The notes beneath the pieces are model-generated. The model saw only the letters and a program-made list of their open reading frames with translations. It was not told where the DNA came from and searched no databases. A stretch of 64,000 nucleotides of DNA from Paramoeba atlantica (Eukaryota; Protista; Discosea): assembly GCA_977017575.1 (NCBI GenBank), contig CDRNVI010000032.1, positions 62,001 to 126,000 of the forward strand, written 5' to 3'. A program made the translations under genes and the position numbers. How positions within the stretch are numbered: position 1 is the stretch's first letter; every line of letters starts with the position of its first letter. Positions 20,649 to 32,074 of this stretch are shown in pieces.

Positions 20649-21413
20649 CAAGGGGGTGGCACGAAAATATGGGAAGGGGGTCAAAAATCGTATAAATTGT
20701 CCAATTTTGGAAAGTAGCATTCGAAAGCTCTCGCAGAGATACGTGTCATCTGCTATCGCGTTTCCCGTCTTTTTAAATTTTTTTATTTTGGACAAAAAAA
20801 AAATACTTTTTCGGAACTTGCAATCTTCTTCAATTTCATCTATTTTTTCGTTATTTTAGGTATTTTCCTTCCATTTTTTTATCTTTTCGCCGCGTTATTC
20901 CCCACAAACGGGCTTGGTCCAATAACAAGGGTGTACAGCACCGTGATCGGCATTGTTACAGTCCTCGAGGACAGCTTAAAGCCACCCACCGCATATTTTT
21001 AGCAAAGAAGTATGAAGAAACTGGGTCCTTTTCTGCCACTATACCCCACCAGCTCATCATGCCCCACAAATCGGTCAGAATTGCGATCGGCGATCGCATC
21101 TGGGTTTGAATTGTTGAAAGGAGAACAGAACAAAACATTTTTAAACACTTTGAAGACTGTTCCAACTCGTATTAAGATTACATTCCAAAAAAAGGGAGGT
21201 CACTGTGGATATCAAATGACATATTTTTCAAAATTTCAAACTTGCAATTGCTGTTTTCAGCCCCTTTGGCATAGGGACCTACCCCCCTGGATACGGGTAA
21301 CGCAATAGCAGGTGACACGTATTTCTGCGAGAGCTCTCGAATGCGGTGCTACTTTCCGAAATTGGACAAGTTATAAAAATTTTGACCCCCCCATATTTTC
21401 GTGCCACCCCCTG
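20649..21413. mobile_element. Non-autonomous DNA transposon (MITE), Tc1/mariner-like, TA-flanked
   Basis: Imperfect TIRs of about 70 bp: ta|caagggggtggcacgaaaatatggg...gtcaaaaat...ttgtccaatt..ggaaagtagca on the left and tgctactttccgaaattggacaa...tttgaccccccc atattttcgtgccaccccctg|ta on the right. Confidence 0.85.
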
Positions 21414-21619
21414 TATGAAAGTACATGTGAAAAATACATTGCGAAGAGCACGTAAAGTTGAAAAGTAAATTTCGTATCATTTTGTGTCGTCGAATACATT
21501 CGAGGGGCTACTGGTGGCGAGGTTCCACCCGCAGCCGTTCATTTCTATAAGAACAATCTGTTTTTACAATTTCTTATTCGCAAGAGAAATTCTGAAGTTT
21601 AATGGGAATTCGTAAAGAC

Positions 21620-22864
21620 TCAATTGTCTTCCAGAGGAATGTCATCAATGGACTGTAGTATTGAAAATATTCCAACGTGCTCGCGACCTTGAGGTGCATT
21701 GCTGAATTTTTCTTCTTTTTCGGATTTTGTATTTGTCGGTTGAGGAGTAGATTTACGCAGTGCCTCCATATAATCCGGTGCCAAACCCGGTGTGTTACCA
21801 GTTGCAGATGCAATACGATTAGAACTTTCTTTGCCCTCGGAAGCGATTTCCTTTTTTATTTCAATTTGTGGTGCGTAAGTAGTAGACTCCTGCTTCAAAG
21901 CTGAAGGTTGTTCGGTTTTAATGCGGTTCAAATAAAATTCAAGAAAAGAATTCGGCTTATTTTCCGTCGCCGTCTCGGTTTTGACATTTGCATCATTCGA
22001 AATAACCTTTTCATCATAACGTTTTCTTGTGCGCTGTGAATAAGTAAAAGATTGTTGAGGTAATTCCGATGCAGGTTTGCGTACATTCATGTGACCTCGC
22101 AATGCCTGAGCACGTTCTTTGGCGTCATGATACCTTTTCAATCGCTCTTCTTTGGGCATTGATAGAAAGCTGCGGGAGAACATCGAGGGTTGTAAGTGTG
22201 AGTTTCGACTTCCAGGAATAGATATTCGATCTGTCGGGTGATCCACCGGAATGCGATCAACTTTTTCAGATGAGATGTGTACGCGAGATGAATTTTCGAA
22301 TTCCTCCGGGTTCTTCATTGCTTGCCGTTCCACGAAAGATAATGTACGACGCGGGATATTCGATTGTGAATCAATCGTATCTATTTCATCTTTAAAAAGC
22401 GAATCCGAATTCTCAGTATCTTGCGGAATGCAATCCGCTTGCACAGCGTAGGACTCTCCGCTTCGCTGCGCAACTAGTCTTGTTGTTTTTGAAGCTGACC
22501 GTTGTCGTGCAAGATATCGATCCCACGAAGTTTCCGGAACAGTATCTGTTTTTGGAGCGTTGATTCGATACCTTTTTCGAGATTGCTCAAAATCGGTGGT
22601 AGCACCCAGAACCTCGGGAAGAATGGACTCATCGGTGTTGTCAGCGTAAAACTCTGGCGATGGGGCCCCGTGAGCTTTGCTCTGTAACTGACGCTGACGT
22701 AGCATATGGGCTTGCTTCTCCTTTTCTACGAGTTCTGGACATTCCAAAACGTCCTCTTTGTCAACAAGATGCCCATCCTTGCTATGCACTGGAACATCTT
22801 GAAGTGTGAGCCACGTTTCATTGTGGTCAAGTAGCTGCTGAGGGTCGTGCGCAATGTAAGACAT
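21620..22864 (-). CDS. Hypothetical protein, largely disordered
   Basis: 414-codon open frame on the polycistron strand from the ATG (MSYIAHD) at 22864. No motif recognised. Confidence 0.7.
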   Translation of the reverse strand: MSYIAHDPQQLLDHNETWLTLQDVPVHSKDGHLVDKEDVLECPELVEKEKQAHMLRQRQLQSKAHGAPSPEFYADNTDESILPEVLGATTDFEQSRKRYRINAPKTDTVPETSWDRYLARQRSASKTTRLVAQRSGESYAVQADCIPQDTENSDSLFKDEIDTIDSQSNIPRRTLSFVERQAMKNPEEFENSSRVHISSEKVDRIPVDHPTDRISIPGSRNSHLQPSMFSRSFLSMPKEERLKRYHDAKERAQALRGHMNVRKPASELPQQSFTYSQRTRKRYDEKVISNDANVKTETATENKPNSFLEFYLNRIKTEQPSALKQESTTYAPQIEIKKEIASEGKESSNRIASATGNTPGLAPDYMEALRKSTPQPTNTKSEKEEKFSNAPQGREHVGIFSILQSIDDIPLEDN

Positions 22865-23483
22865 GATAGCGAATATAAAAGGTAATCTAAGGAACACGAA
22901 TTCTTTAATTCATTGCAGAGAACATTCGTTTTTCTAAAAATCGTATGGTAGTATCATTCCTTTTAATAAAAAGAAAGAAAATCAATAAAATGGTTTTCTT
23001 GTTTAACGCTTGGGCAAGTCCACGAAGATATTGGGCAAGAGATAGTAATGTATTTTGCGATCAAATAGCTCGCAGAATATCAACAAAATAAGAATTATAA
23101 AAACTCTTTCGGGCAAGAATTACTATACAGTAAGCATTACTATACTGTATAAGTAGCAATACTGTATGAACACCTGTACTATTATATTAGAAATATCTTT
23201 CACGTAAATCAGCCTTGCACAAATAAAATTATTGTAGGAAAAAAATTGACGTAGGTATACATTAGAATCAACGTAGGTATGTATCAACTTAGATATACAC
23301 TGTATGACTTGGAAAATGATAAAGAAAAAAGCTATGAGAAACCGAGAAAAACCTGACAAATATCCTTTTACTACCTGTATTTAATTTTATGCACGACAGA
23401 ATTGATAAAGCGGCAAGGTAAAATGATTTATCTCATGTTTGAATAATTCTTATAAACAAGAAAACACGCAGAAACTACAAGGA

Positions 23484-24635
23484 TTATGACTCTTCTCCTT
23501 GATTACGCTTGAAAGCAAGTAACAAGTCAATTTCGGGTTTTTGTGGATACAACTTTTTGTTTGCATCAGGCTTGCGCGGTGGAATTAAAAATCCAGAAAA
23601 GAAATTGTACGAGAGATTGACTTCCGTTTCCATACCACATGCAATCAAACGGGCATTCCCATACAATCTGTTATGACTCATATCTAACTTGACAAGAGCC
23701 GACTTCGTCTCAGGCAGTAATGGCTCTCCACTGAACCGATTGTAGCTAAGATCAAGTTCTTGAAGAGAAGATGGAACGTTCTGCACGTTCACGTCTCCCT
23801 CAAATTCGTTATGACTGACGTCCAGCAATTTTAAACACTGAGGAATGCTTACGAACTTTCCGCTTTGAGTCTTGCACGGCGGTACACAACATTGACGCGT
23901 TATATTAAATAAAAAATCATGGGAAAGATGAGTAAGGTCGAGGGGTCCACTCAAGTAATTGAAAAAGAGCAGTAGCGTCGTGAGTCGACATGGGAGGCGA
24001 TCTAAGACAATACTTCCGTGAAAATCATTGTTGCTTAGATCAAGGACTTCAAGACTTTGCGGTAAGGATGACATATCCAGAGGTCCGCTGAATCGATTCT
24101 TGGAGATGTTAAAAGTAATAAGCGTATTGGGCAGGGTGGACGTGTGAAGAGACCCGCTGAATGTGTTATTGCTAAGATTGGCGTGCATTAAATTTGGAGC
24201 TTGAGAAAGGAAATCTGCACTTCCAGAAAGCTTATTATTAGAGATGTCAAGGTCGCTGAGGATAGTTAGGGTAGGAAAAGTAATCGTTCCGTTGAGGTCG
24301 TTATTTGCAATATGGATGAGTTTCGTCGTGCGTGGAAGTTCACGCCATTGAGGGGACCCGGAAAGCATTTGGTCGAACGGACCGGTTTTTGCAGGACCGA
24401 CTCGTATTTTGTTCCATTTGAGAGATACATATTCGTTGTGTGGTTCAATTATTGTTTCTTCTTCGGAATAAATCGGATAATTCAACTTGACTGTCCCATT
24501 CTGATTCTTTAAGAGTAGTGAATCAGTAAACTCCTTAACGGAAGACACAAGTTTTTGGCGAGTCCACGGATCTGAATCGGAAACACGTGCGGAGTCAGCG
24601 CAAGTGAGTATAACTGCCAATATGACTGGCAACAT
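23484..24635 (-). CDS. LRR protein (member 2 of 10) with signal-peptide-like N-terminus and divergent cap
   Basis: MLPVILAVILTCADS leader and about 10 L..L.lS.N.fsG repeats. A CCVPPC insertion interrupts the repeats. Confidence 0.85.
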   Translation of the reverse strand: MLPVILAVILTCADSARVSDSDPWTRQKLVSSVKEFTDSLLLKNQNGTVKLNYPIYSEEETIIEPHNEYVSLKWNKIRVGPAKTGPFDQMLSGSPQWRELPRTTKLIHIANNDLNGTITFPTLTILSDLDISNNKLSGSADFLSQAPNLMHANLSNNTFSGSLHTSTLPNTLITFNISKNRFSGPLDMSSLPQSLEVLDLSNNDFHGSIVLDRLPCRLTTLLLFFNYLSGPLDLTHLSHDFLFNITRQCCVPPCKTQSGKFVSIPQCLKLLDVSHNEFEGDVNVQNVPSSLQELDLSYNRFSGEPLLPETKSALVKLDMSHNRLYGNARLIACGMETEVNLSYNFFSGFLIPPRKPDANKKLYPQKPEIDLLLAFKRNQGEES

Positions 24636-24845
24636 AACAAACCAAAAGAATAAATAAGAATAAGAGTGTAGAAAAAGCTTTACATTTGTATAAGAACGTC
24701 TGCCCTGATTGTTGAGATTGATATCATATTCAATCACGCAATTCCAAATTGCAGGCGGTATGACTTAACAGCAGTAAATAGTAAGACTGACGATAAGGAA
24801 GCGCGTTGCGCTAAGACCAATATGAAAAAGCATCTTTGAGAGATC

Positions 24846-26219
24846 TTATAGCTTTATGAAGGGAGAAGATCCGGGTAGGAAATGATAAAGATAAAGCAGC
24901 GGAGAAGGTTCTAAAAAAGCTTCGCTAGAGTCCTTTACATCGTTGACTATATTTTCTAATTTTTTGACAACTGTGGGATCCAAAATATTCCGCAAGTGTT
25001 TTTCTACTGATGTTTCAGTAGCAATGTCAGTTTTTTTCAGGCTACTGAAGGAAAGCTCTGTAAGCGCCAGCACACTGCATGAGGGGTCTATCAATATCCT
25101 TTCATCAGATAAATCACCAAAATAACATAGAAGCAAAAATAGAATTTCCACTAAGTTGACACTTTCACAAAGTAAAAACGGATTTGGACCAGCATCAAAC
25201 GTATAAGCAGCGAAAACCTGCTGCTTGTGTCTAGTTTGTTGTGACTGTGCATCCCTTGATTCACGGCATTGTGATTGCTTGAACTGATTATAGGAACGTA
25301 TGAGTCGCATGACTGCGTAGGATTCAGGCAGCAGATAGTGCAGAGGAGGACAAGAGGTATGACACAATGCATGCAAGTCATCACTTTCAGCCATCGTAAT
25401 GGCCGCAAGAGTAGAAAAATCTCTCTGCTCAATAGCAGCACACAGCTTACGCATTCGTTGGGGCACAATCAACTGCTCCCGATCCTTTATCAAACGGGAC
25501 GTATTGACGGAATGTTGCATACCTTGTGTGCTTCCCGACCCTTTCCTGTCTTGAGAAATAACCAAACCAAGAATGTTTAAATCGGGCCAATCATGTTCTC
25601 CGGCAATTTGGCTCACACAGTTTTCTAACCCTTGCGCGGAGGCATCCCAGCGAACAAAGCCCCCGAGCGTACTCCGACATGCGCTGCCGGACCCAATCCG
25701 AGCAAGTGCGGAGAGATTCACCCCGCTGGTTGGAAAAAGCGTTTTAAGCGCACCCGCAAGTGCGGCACTCCCGCTGGCAGAGGAAGCCATCCCGGCGCCC
25801 GTTGGGAAATTATTTTTTGTGCGAATCTCAAGCGGGGGCAAAGATGGATGCGCCATGCTATTGCGGAGGTGAGAAAGGACTGAAGAGATACGCTCCGGAA
25901 GAGGTGATGTTTCAACATCATTGAAAATAAAACGAATGTTATTTAAAGAAGAAGGAGAATTTTCCGAAAGCTGAAGCACACCAGGGCTGGCGGATTCCGA
26001 TGATGGATCTGTATGACTAGTGGTATCGGTATCGTGAAGAATAGACACTGTAGTTACGGTGTGAATGTGGGCATGAGAAAGTGTGATACTGAGGGAATCA
26101 TGCAGAGGAAGATGAAGTTGTTTTCCCTCAACTGTGTTTTGTTTTCCCCAATACTTCACAAGAGCAATATTAATAGAGGAAATGCAAGTGACGCAAGATG
26201 GCGCTTGCTCTGACGACAT
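24846..26219 (-). CDS. MVD: Mevalonate diphosphate decarboxylase
   Basis: NIALVKYWGK, NNFPTGAGMASSASG, ARIGSGSACRS and AYTFDAGPN. Real start MSSEQ at 26219; the longer ORF start lies inside a MITE. Confidence 0.95.
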   Translation of the reverse strand: MSSEQAPSCVTCISSINIALVKYWGKQNTVEGKQLHLPLHDSLSITLSHAHIHTVTTVSILHDTDTTSHTDPSSESASPGVLQLSENSPSSLNNIRFIFNDVETSPLPERISSVLSHLRNSMAHPSLPPLEIRTKNNFPTGAGMASSASGSAALAGALKTLFPTSGVNLSALARIGSGSACRSTLGGFVRWDASAQGLENCVSQIAGEHDWPDLNILGLVISQDRKGSGSTQGMQHSVNTSRLIKDREQLIVPQRMRKLCAAIEQRDFSTLAAITMAESDDLHALCHTSCPPLHYLLPESYAVMRLIRSYNQFKQSQCRESRDAQSQQTRHKQQVFAAYTFDAGPNPFLLCESVNLVEILFLLLCYFGDLSDERILIDPSCSVLALTELSFSSLKKTDIATETSVEKHLRNILDPTVVKKLENIVNDVKDSSEAFLEPSPLLYLYHFLPGSSPFIKL

Positions 26220-26295
26220 TATGTGAGCGAGATATAAAATTTGGCTTTTCTGGGATAGTAGGGAGTTCGAAAAGTATGCGACGTCGAAAAGAGTG

Positions 26296-26675
26296 CAGTG
26301 CTCGTAAAAAATAATATATTTTTTAATAATGGCCACCGATTTGTGGTCATTATTTAAAAAAATATAATATTTTTTATGGTGTTTCTGAAAAAAAAGATGT
26401 CTGACTTGAGAAAACGATTACCCGACTACACCTAACTACTGCTACTAAAAAAGAGAATACCGCCAAACATGAGACATAGCATACTTCGAAAATTCCAGAC
26501 CGAAAATAAGTTATTTAAAAACCTTTCGACAATAAGGTGTGACCGGATGTCAGTCATAGAAAGGGGTGCACAAAAAAAGGCATAAGAAAAAGTTTCCAAA
26601 AAAAGTGGCTATTATTAAAAAAACATTATTTTTTACGTCACGCAATTTTACGTACATTATTTTTTACGAGCACTG
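26296..26675. mobile_element. MITE with CAGTG termini (Tc1/mariner-like)
   Basis: Left tg|cagtgctcgtaaaaaataat...taataatggccac; right gtggctattatt...attattttttacgagcactg|ta. A partial third terminus gtgctcgtaaaaataa lies at 26842. Confidence 0.8.
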
Positions 26676-26993
26676 TATGCGAAAAGAAAGTACACTGTAT
26701 ACTAGAAGGAAGAAGGAAGAATCCTAGAAGGAAGTATACTAGAAGTACTGTGAAGACAACAATTTTCGATCTCATAAAATACCTTCAAAAAAGCTAAATT
26801 TGTTTTTTCTCGAAAAGTTATCAACTTCATTGCACGCTATCGTGCTCGTAAAAATAAGGAAGAACTCTACTTTTTTATGATCATGTTGAACACGACCACG
26901 ACTGACACGTTGATTCTCTCTTTGCTTACCCACTAAGGTAGAAAAAAACCTTTTAGTTCATTTTTTTGCGCCTTCATGCCTTCACTTTGTACA

Positions 26994-27686
26994 TCAGGCG
27001 TCCAAGTTATCTGTAATCTGTGTCTTCGTCCAACTTCGAGACAACAAACTGTCTGGTAAGGTGTTTCTCCGTACCGTCCCTGAGAGCTCCGAATTATTAT
27101 CCAAATATAGCTCAGCAACATTTTTTGGAAGAGAGGAGAATTCTACTTCACCACTAAACCGGTTTGATGACAAGTTGAGAGTAGTCAAGGTTGACGGCAA
27201 CTTTGCAAAAGCAATGCTGCCGGACAAGGAATTCCATTGAACATTAAAAGTATCCAACTCTGGCGGGAGAGCAGACAAATCAATCGAACCCTGCAGGGCG
27301 TTATAACTTGCATCGAATGTGTCCAATGCACGGGGCAAATCATGAATCGAGAGCGGACCATAGAGTTCATTATCAGCGACGGAGAAGTGAAGCACAGTAG
27401 TGGGAATAAATTCCCACCGTAGAAATCCCTTCATAAAGTCATCGTAACCCGACCAATAAATATCTACAACGTTACCATCTTTATTGCATTTAACACCTTT
27501 CCAGGAGCAGGCTGGAGTCTTACTAGTCCATGTGGTATAGCCCATATGAACCTCAGCGATAAGTCGAGCAAGATCATATTCTTGAGGAAGCGATACGCCG
27601 CGAACCTTACCAAGGTTTGCAGAAGCGCGTGCAGGACTGTCGACAGAGACAATGAACCGTAAAAGAATGTTTCGTGTATATTTCAT
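26994..27686 (-). CDS. Short LRR protein (member 3 of 10)
   Basis: SVDS...GKVRGVSLPQEYDL, ACSWKGVKC cap and 24-aa LRRs. Confidence 0.9.
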   Translation of the reverse strand: MKYTRNILLRFIVSVDSPARASANLGKVRGVSLPQEYDLARLIAEVHMGYTTWTSKTPACSWKGVKCNKDGNVVDIYWSGYDDFMKGFLRWEFIPTTVLHFSVADNELYGPLSIHDLPRALDTFDASYNALQGSIDLSALPPELDTFNVQWNSLSGSIAFAKLPSTLTTLNLSSNRFSGEVEFSSLPKNVAELYLDNNSELSGTVRRNTLPDSLLSRSWTKTQITDNLDA

Positions 27687-27879
27687 TAGTGGGCATTTAA
27701 ATAATTGAATTAGTGCAAATCAATGTTAAAAATTTGTAGGTACATTTGTATTCTACATTTGTAGATACGTGTATGTATGAAAAACTTGTTTTCGCGTCTG
27801 TGATTAAAAAATTGAAGTAGACGATCGCATTTGCGTGTATCGGTTATGCTGTGGATGTAAATTGGGCAAGTAATTTTCC

Positions 27880-28752
27880 CTAAGATGGATCCTCCAAAAA
27901 GCTACAATGATCCCGAACCTCTTGAAGACAGTGATAACAACATGTACATGAGGATGTATCCTTACATCGCAGATGACGCATAACTTCGCCCTCTAAATCT
28001 AAGGCTTCGGCTTCATTGCTTGACGGAGAAGCCTGTATTAATTGCTGTACTTTTGAACAACCTCCATATTCGATAGAAGAAGTTTCTATACTGCTCGGGT
28101 TTTGTATTAAATCCTTGCGAAAGGAAAATCTTTCATCGCTGAATAAAGGTGCATCAGAATGGTGCACATGAAGCGTGGAAAACGACTTTGTCGTCTCAGC
28201 ACTGCCGTAGCCTTTAATCAAGCGTCGAGAAAATTCCATCAAATCGCTCTCCATTGGCCAGAGTGGACCTCGAAAAACAAGAACTTGATGGGCGATATCC
28301 GCTGCCCATTGCACCAGCGGATCCACAACAGTGGGTAAAGAATCGGGTAGCTTCCGTGTGACTTCAAATCCAGGGAATGGCACTGTTTTTTCCTCCTGTT
28401 CTTTCACATCTGCTTTCTGTTTTTGATCGGTATCAAGTATTGCATGTTCTTCCCTTGCTGATGCATCGCCTTTCATATGAACGGTTTCTGTTCGATGACG
28501 TCGTATAAGTTCATGTGTAGAGTGTGGAATTTTGTCCCCGTGTCGGGGTGGGTTGTACACAAGAGAGAGTAACAATCTTGCCTGTTGATACCTCGAGAAC
28601 ATGGGAAAGAAATGAAGTACACGCCGTGCGAAGGGCTCTTGCAACATGCGATCGGCGAAAACACCACAGGACCAATCCTCCGTGCCTTCGCTTTCGAGTT
28701 CCATCACTAATTCTTCTGCTTTGGCGTATTCCGTATCGGTATCAAACGTCAT
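27880..28752 (-). CDS. Hypothetical protein with a possible NELF-A-like N-terminal domain
   Basis: EDWSCGVFADRML...FPMFSRYQQARLLLSLVYNPPR...VDPLVQWAADIA resembles metazoan NELF-A (ELWAPPSIASLLT...FHGLSSAVKLKLLLGTLHLPRR...SDPWVLMVADIL). Eye alignment only. Confidence 0.5.
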   Translation of the reverse strand: MTFDTDTEYAKAEELVMELESEGTEDWSCGVFADRMLQEPFARRVLHFFPMFSRYQQARLLLSLVYNPPRHGDKIPHSTHELIRRHRTETVHMKGDASAREEHAILDTDQKQKADVKEQEEKTVPFPGFEVTRKLPDSLPTVVDPLVQWAADIAHQVLVFRGPLWPMESDLMEFSRRLIKGYGSAETTKSFSTLHVHHSDAPLFSDERFSFRKDLIQNPSSIETSSIEYGGCSKVQQLIQASPSSNEAEALDLEGEVMRHLRCKDTSSCTCCYHCLQEVRDHCSFLEDPS

Positions 28753-29043
28753 GAATACGTGTGTGGAAAAAGGTAAACCAAAGAAAAAGAACCGAATCGT
28801 CGACTAGTACGCTCATAGTTGGCTGCTCTTTGTAGGCTATAGCAATTTTTATCTTGTAATAAAAAGATTATAAGAAAAGGAGAAGCGCGCAAAGTTTTTG
28901 AATGACACTTTCTTACTGCTCATACACTCGTACACTGTATAAGAGAGGTCGCCGAGAAGAGACTTGTAAGTGAAACAAGAATTGCACATTGACCCTCCAC
29001 TCAGGAAGGGACTTCTAAAGTAAGTTTGTTTTCATGAGTTTAC

Positions 29044-30561
29044 TCACAGGTGGAGTTTCTTCACAGGAGACCTGTAGGACAAGTAATCTTGCTCTGCAAT
29101 CTCGATTAGATGATCATTCTGGGGCAAGTTAACAAGAAAGGCGTCAAAGTAAGCGTGGTCTTTCTCCTTGAGTCTACGCAGTGCTTTGCGTCGGAAGTGG
29201 TCGTGTCGGAGCTTGTCGGAAAGGTAAAGTTTCCCACTTCCCGGGCGATCCATCACACCGTAGTATCGCAGCGTTTCTACGATATCTCTGACAGAAATTC
29301 CAGTTTCGCGCTCAAGAAAATTTAATGATACGTCCATTGTATCGTTCGCATCCCATAGTAAAATAAGGTCAAGAATAGTATCCCGCCAATAACTTCTGTA
29401 GCTACGCAAGCCAAGATCACTGAGAGGACGTTCTGGAGTCCCGATGACTCCTTCTCTCTTCGAAAGGGCGTAGCTGAGCTCAATCAGGAATCGACCAAAT
29501 CCGCGGCACTGGTACGGCGGCAGAATCAAAATACAAGATAGATTATAGCTCTCCGGGGAGTTCTTTTCTTTTGCAAAGTACCCCAAAAAATGGAGACCGT
29601 GAGTGTCCACGTGGGCTAGAATATAAAAAAGAAAAGGACTGGTGTCCCACTCCACACATTTGTGCTCAAGAAACAAGCGCGAGAGTAGACACAGGCGCTC
29701 ACAGTAGTGAGGTTGCGAGACGCCGTCGACCTCGAAGACGAGTATATTCTGTACGGTGTCGCGATAGATTTCATTCCCCGGGGGATGTTGAAATGTGCAG
29801 TATGGTGTGTGGTATTCCTCCAGTTCGCTAGCCGATAGGTGGGCTTTTAAACACTTTTCACAGATGTATAGTTGAGGCAAGTGATTACCTACCACGGACA
29901 ATGGTGGGTTGGTAGCGTAATTATGTAGTGATGGTGTTTCACATGTATCCGAATTTTCATACATATTTAGATTTGTTGGTTCTTGAAGTTTAAAAAAGTT
30001 TCGAAAAACTTTGCGCCCCCCCTCCTTGGTTGAGTCTGTACTGTGAGAAGGCACAATAGAGGGATGTAATAGAGGGTAAGGGGAGTAATACCAAGATTCA
30101 AGTATCCAGTCCCCAAAATGAACCAAAGCAACATTTTTGGCGCGGTCATCGTAACGCGGGCGGACAGGTGGTTTAGGAAGTCGGTACGTCTCTTTCTTCA
30201 AAGGCTGACTATAAGCGGGGGTTTGTATTTTCTCCACGTTCAGAGTTTTACTTCGGCGACGTGTGATCATGGAAGGAGCGTTTAGCAACTCTAAATCGGG
30301 AGAAAAACGCAAACGTCGAGCGTTGCCAGAAACTCGAAGTCGATCTTGCGTAACCCACTCGTCCATTCTTCGGTTTTGGTCCAGCCAGTGCACATAATAC
30401 CAAGCCACTCCTCCGTCGCGAACAGATTTATCACATATTACAGCATTTTTCCAAATTTCACAGCCTTTTTGCCGCGCTAGGACCTTCTGTCGAAGGTGAA
30501 ATGTAGAGGAAGTCATGCACAACGAATTCTCAGATGTAGGAATAGAAGCCTTTGCCGACAT
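29044..30561 (-). CDS. MYST-family histone acetyltransferase with N-terminal Tudor-knot/chromo domain
   Basis: YYVHWLDQNRRMDEWV, WYYSPYP, a C2HC finger, LFLEHK, NLSCILILPPYQCRGFG and GTPERPLSDLG. Confidence 0.92.
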   Translation of the reverse strand: MSAKASIPTSENSLCMTSSTFHLRQKVLARQKGCEIWKNAVICDKSVRDGGVAWYYVHWLDQNRRMDEWVTQDRLRVSGNARRLRFSPDLELLNAPSMITRRRSKTLNVEKIQTPAYSQPLKKETYRLPKPPVRPRYDDRAKNVALVHFGDWILESWYYSPYPLLHPSIVPSHSTDSTKEGGRKVFRNFFKLQEPTNLNMYENSDTCETPSLHNYATNPPLSVVGNHLPQLYICEKCLKAHLSASELEEYHTPYCTFQHPPGNEIYRDTVQNILVFEVDGVSQPHYCERLCLLSRLFLEHKCVEWDTSPFLFYILAHVDTHGLHFLGYFAKEKNSPESYNLSCILILPPYQCRGFGRFLIELSYALSKREGVIGTPERPLSDLGLRSYRSYWRDTILDLILLWDANDTMDVSLNFLERETGISVRDIVETLRYYGVMDRPGSGKLYLSDKLRHDHFRRKALRRLKEKDHAYFDAFLVNLPQNDHLIEIAEQDYLSYRSPVKKLHL

Positions 30562-30687
30562 TATGACCTCACAGAGCACGGCTCACATGCTTGAAAGTCC
30601 TTACAATCCCACCAAAAATTGTTCAAAATACATGTACAGTATGTATAGTTATTGTCGAAGCTATGCAACGTTAATAAAAATAAATTA

Positions 30688-31679
30688 CGTTACCACCCCC
30701 TTATTTAGCCCCCACTTTTTGGCCCAAGACCCGTACTTTGTGGTGAAGTAAGGGGGGTGGTGAAGTAAGGGGGATGAATAAATGATTTAAAGTTCGATCA
30801 ATTTATAGTTCTCTCGAAAATCCTCAAGTTATTGAAGTACACTATGCTATCGACATTGGGCGTAATTTCCTTTTCTTGAGTGTTGTAATACCTCGTGTTG
30901 CACATTCTATATTTTATGTTTCGTTTAGCTTGTCTACAATGTCCCATGGGCTTTTAACTTCCCCCCCCCATGAAAATTTCTTACATCGTGAAATTTAAAT
31001 GATGTCGCAGAACATAACCCATTGAACACCAATTTATATTTTAGAACTACAAAACAGTGTGGCGCAACTTTATGATCAAACTGACATGATGATGAAACTG
31101 ACACGGAAGAAAATCGTTCTGAATTAGAAATGGTTCAACATACTAAATCATTCCGGATAGCTCCGATCGGTCACTGGCAAGCCAGACCCTTCACAGATAG
31201 ATTTGGAAGTTTCGAGGCCGAAGTCCTCTACCTGTTTTCGTTAGTACAAGGCGGCAACAACGTGCTGCTACCAACCCGTTGCGTCGACGAATCGTACGGT
31301 AAACTCAAGACAATCTTCAAAAGTTATCATTCCTGCAGCTACGTAGCATTCCTGTAACCGTTATCATTTCCCCCCGGAACGTTAAACCGGACTGTTGTTT
31401 AAAATCCTGGTATGACGGCGTCGTCTTCACCGACGTGTGCACCAATAACCTTTGTTCATCGGTGTTTGTGCGCCATCTGTGTCCCTCCTTGAAGGCCACT
31501 GGGCGTGGCTCTGCCTCGCCTTACCCCGATGCAACGGTCGGTTGCAGTGCACCCCTCCGGCTGTGTAAAGAGGTGGTAAGTTGTCTGAGACAAATCCGAC
31601 ACCCCCCTTACTTCACCACACGTCCAGCGACTAAATGTGGTGAAGTAAGGGGGGAGGCGAAGTAAGGGGGGGGTAACGG
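30688..31679. mobile_element. About 1-kb MITE with C(C)GTTACC termini, TA-flanked, carrying subterminal tggtgaagtaagggggg repeats
   Basis: Left ta|cgttaccacccccttattt; right gaagtaaggggggggtaacgg|ta. Repeated gtgaagtaagggg motifs at about 30740-30775 and 31605-31670. Confidence 0.75.
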
Positions 31680-32074
31680 TATGTTTTTTTATGACACTTT
31701 GTTTTCAACACGAAAAGGTTTAACGGCAAACTGGAAGAGCATGGTTCCTTTTTTCGGAGCAAAGAAGGTTACCTTTCGTCTCCTTTTTATCAACCATTTT
31801 AACCATCACTGCCTCGACAGTGCACAACTAGATTGCTGTGACCCCTTTAAAGTATGCCCCCGTAACGGGAACGGGAGTAGACAAAAAATTGTGTTGTCTA
31901 CACCAAAGGAGAGTCTGAAAGAGAATAGGAAACAATAAAAACAATTTGGTACCGCTTCGCGGCGCCTACATTTTTCGAGGCAGAAGGATCCATAGAGGAG
32001 TCCCTCTTCACGATATTTTTTATCTCTATTAAAGGGGGGTCTGAGGGGGGGTATATAGTAAAGGGGTAATTTAA

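Noticed and set aside
20956-21165. LWGMMSWWG inside the MITE as a Tc1 transposase remnant
   Set aside because: Only a weak resemblance to VWG.IS..G, with no DDE/D residues or further homology recognisable.
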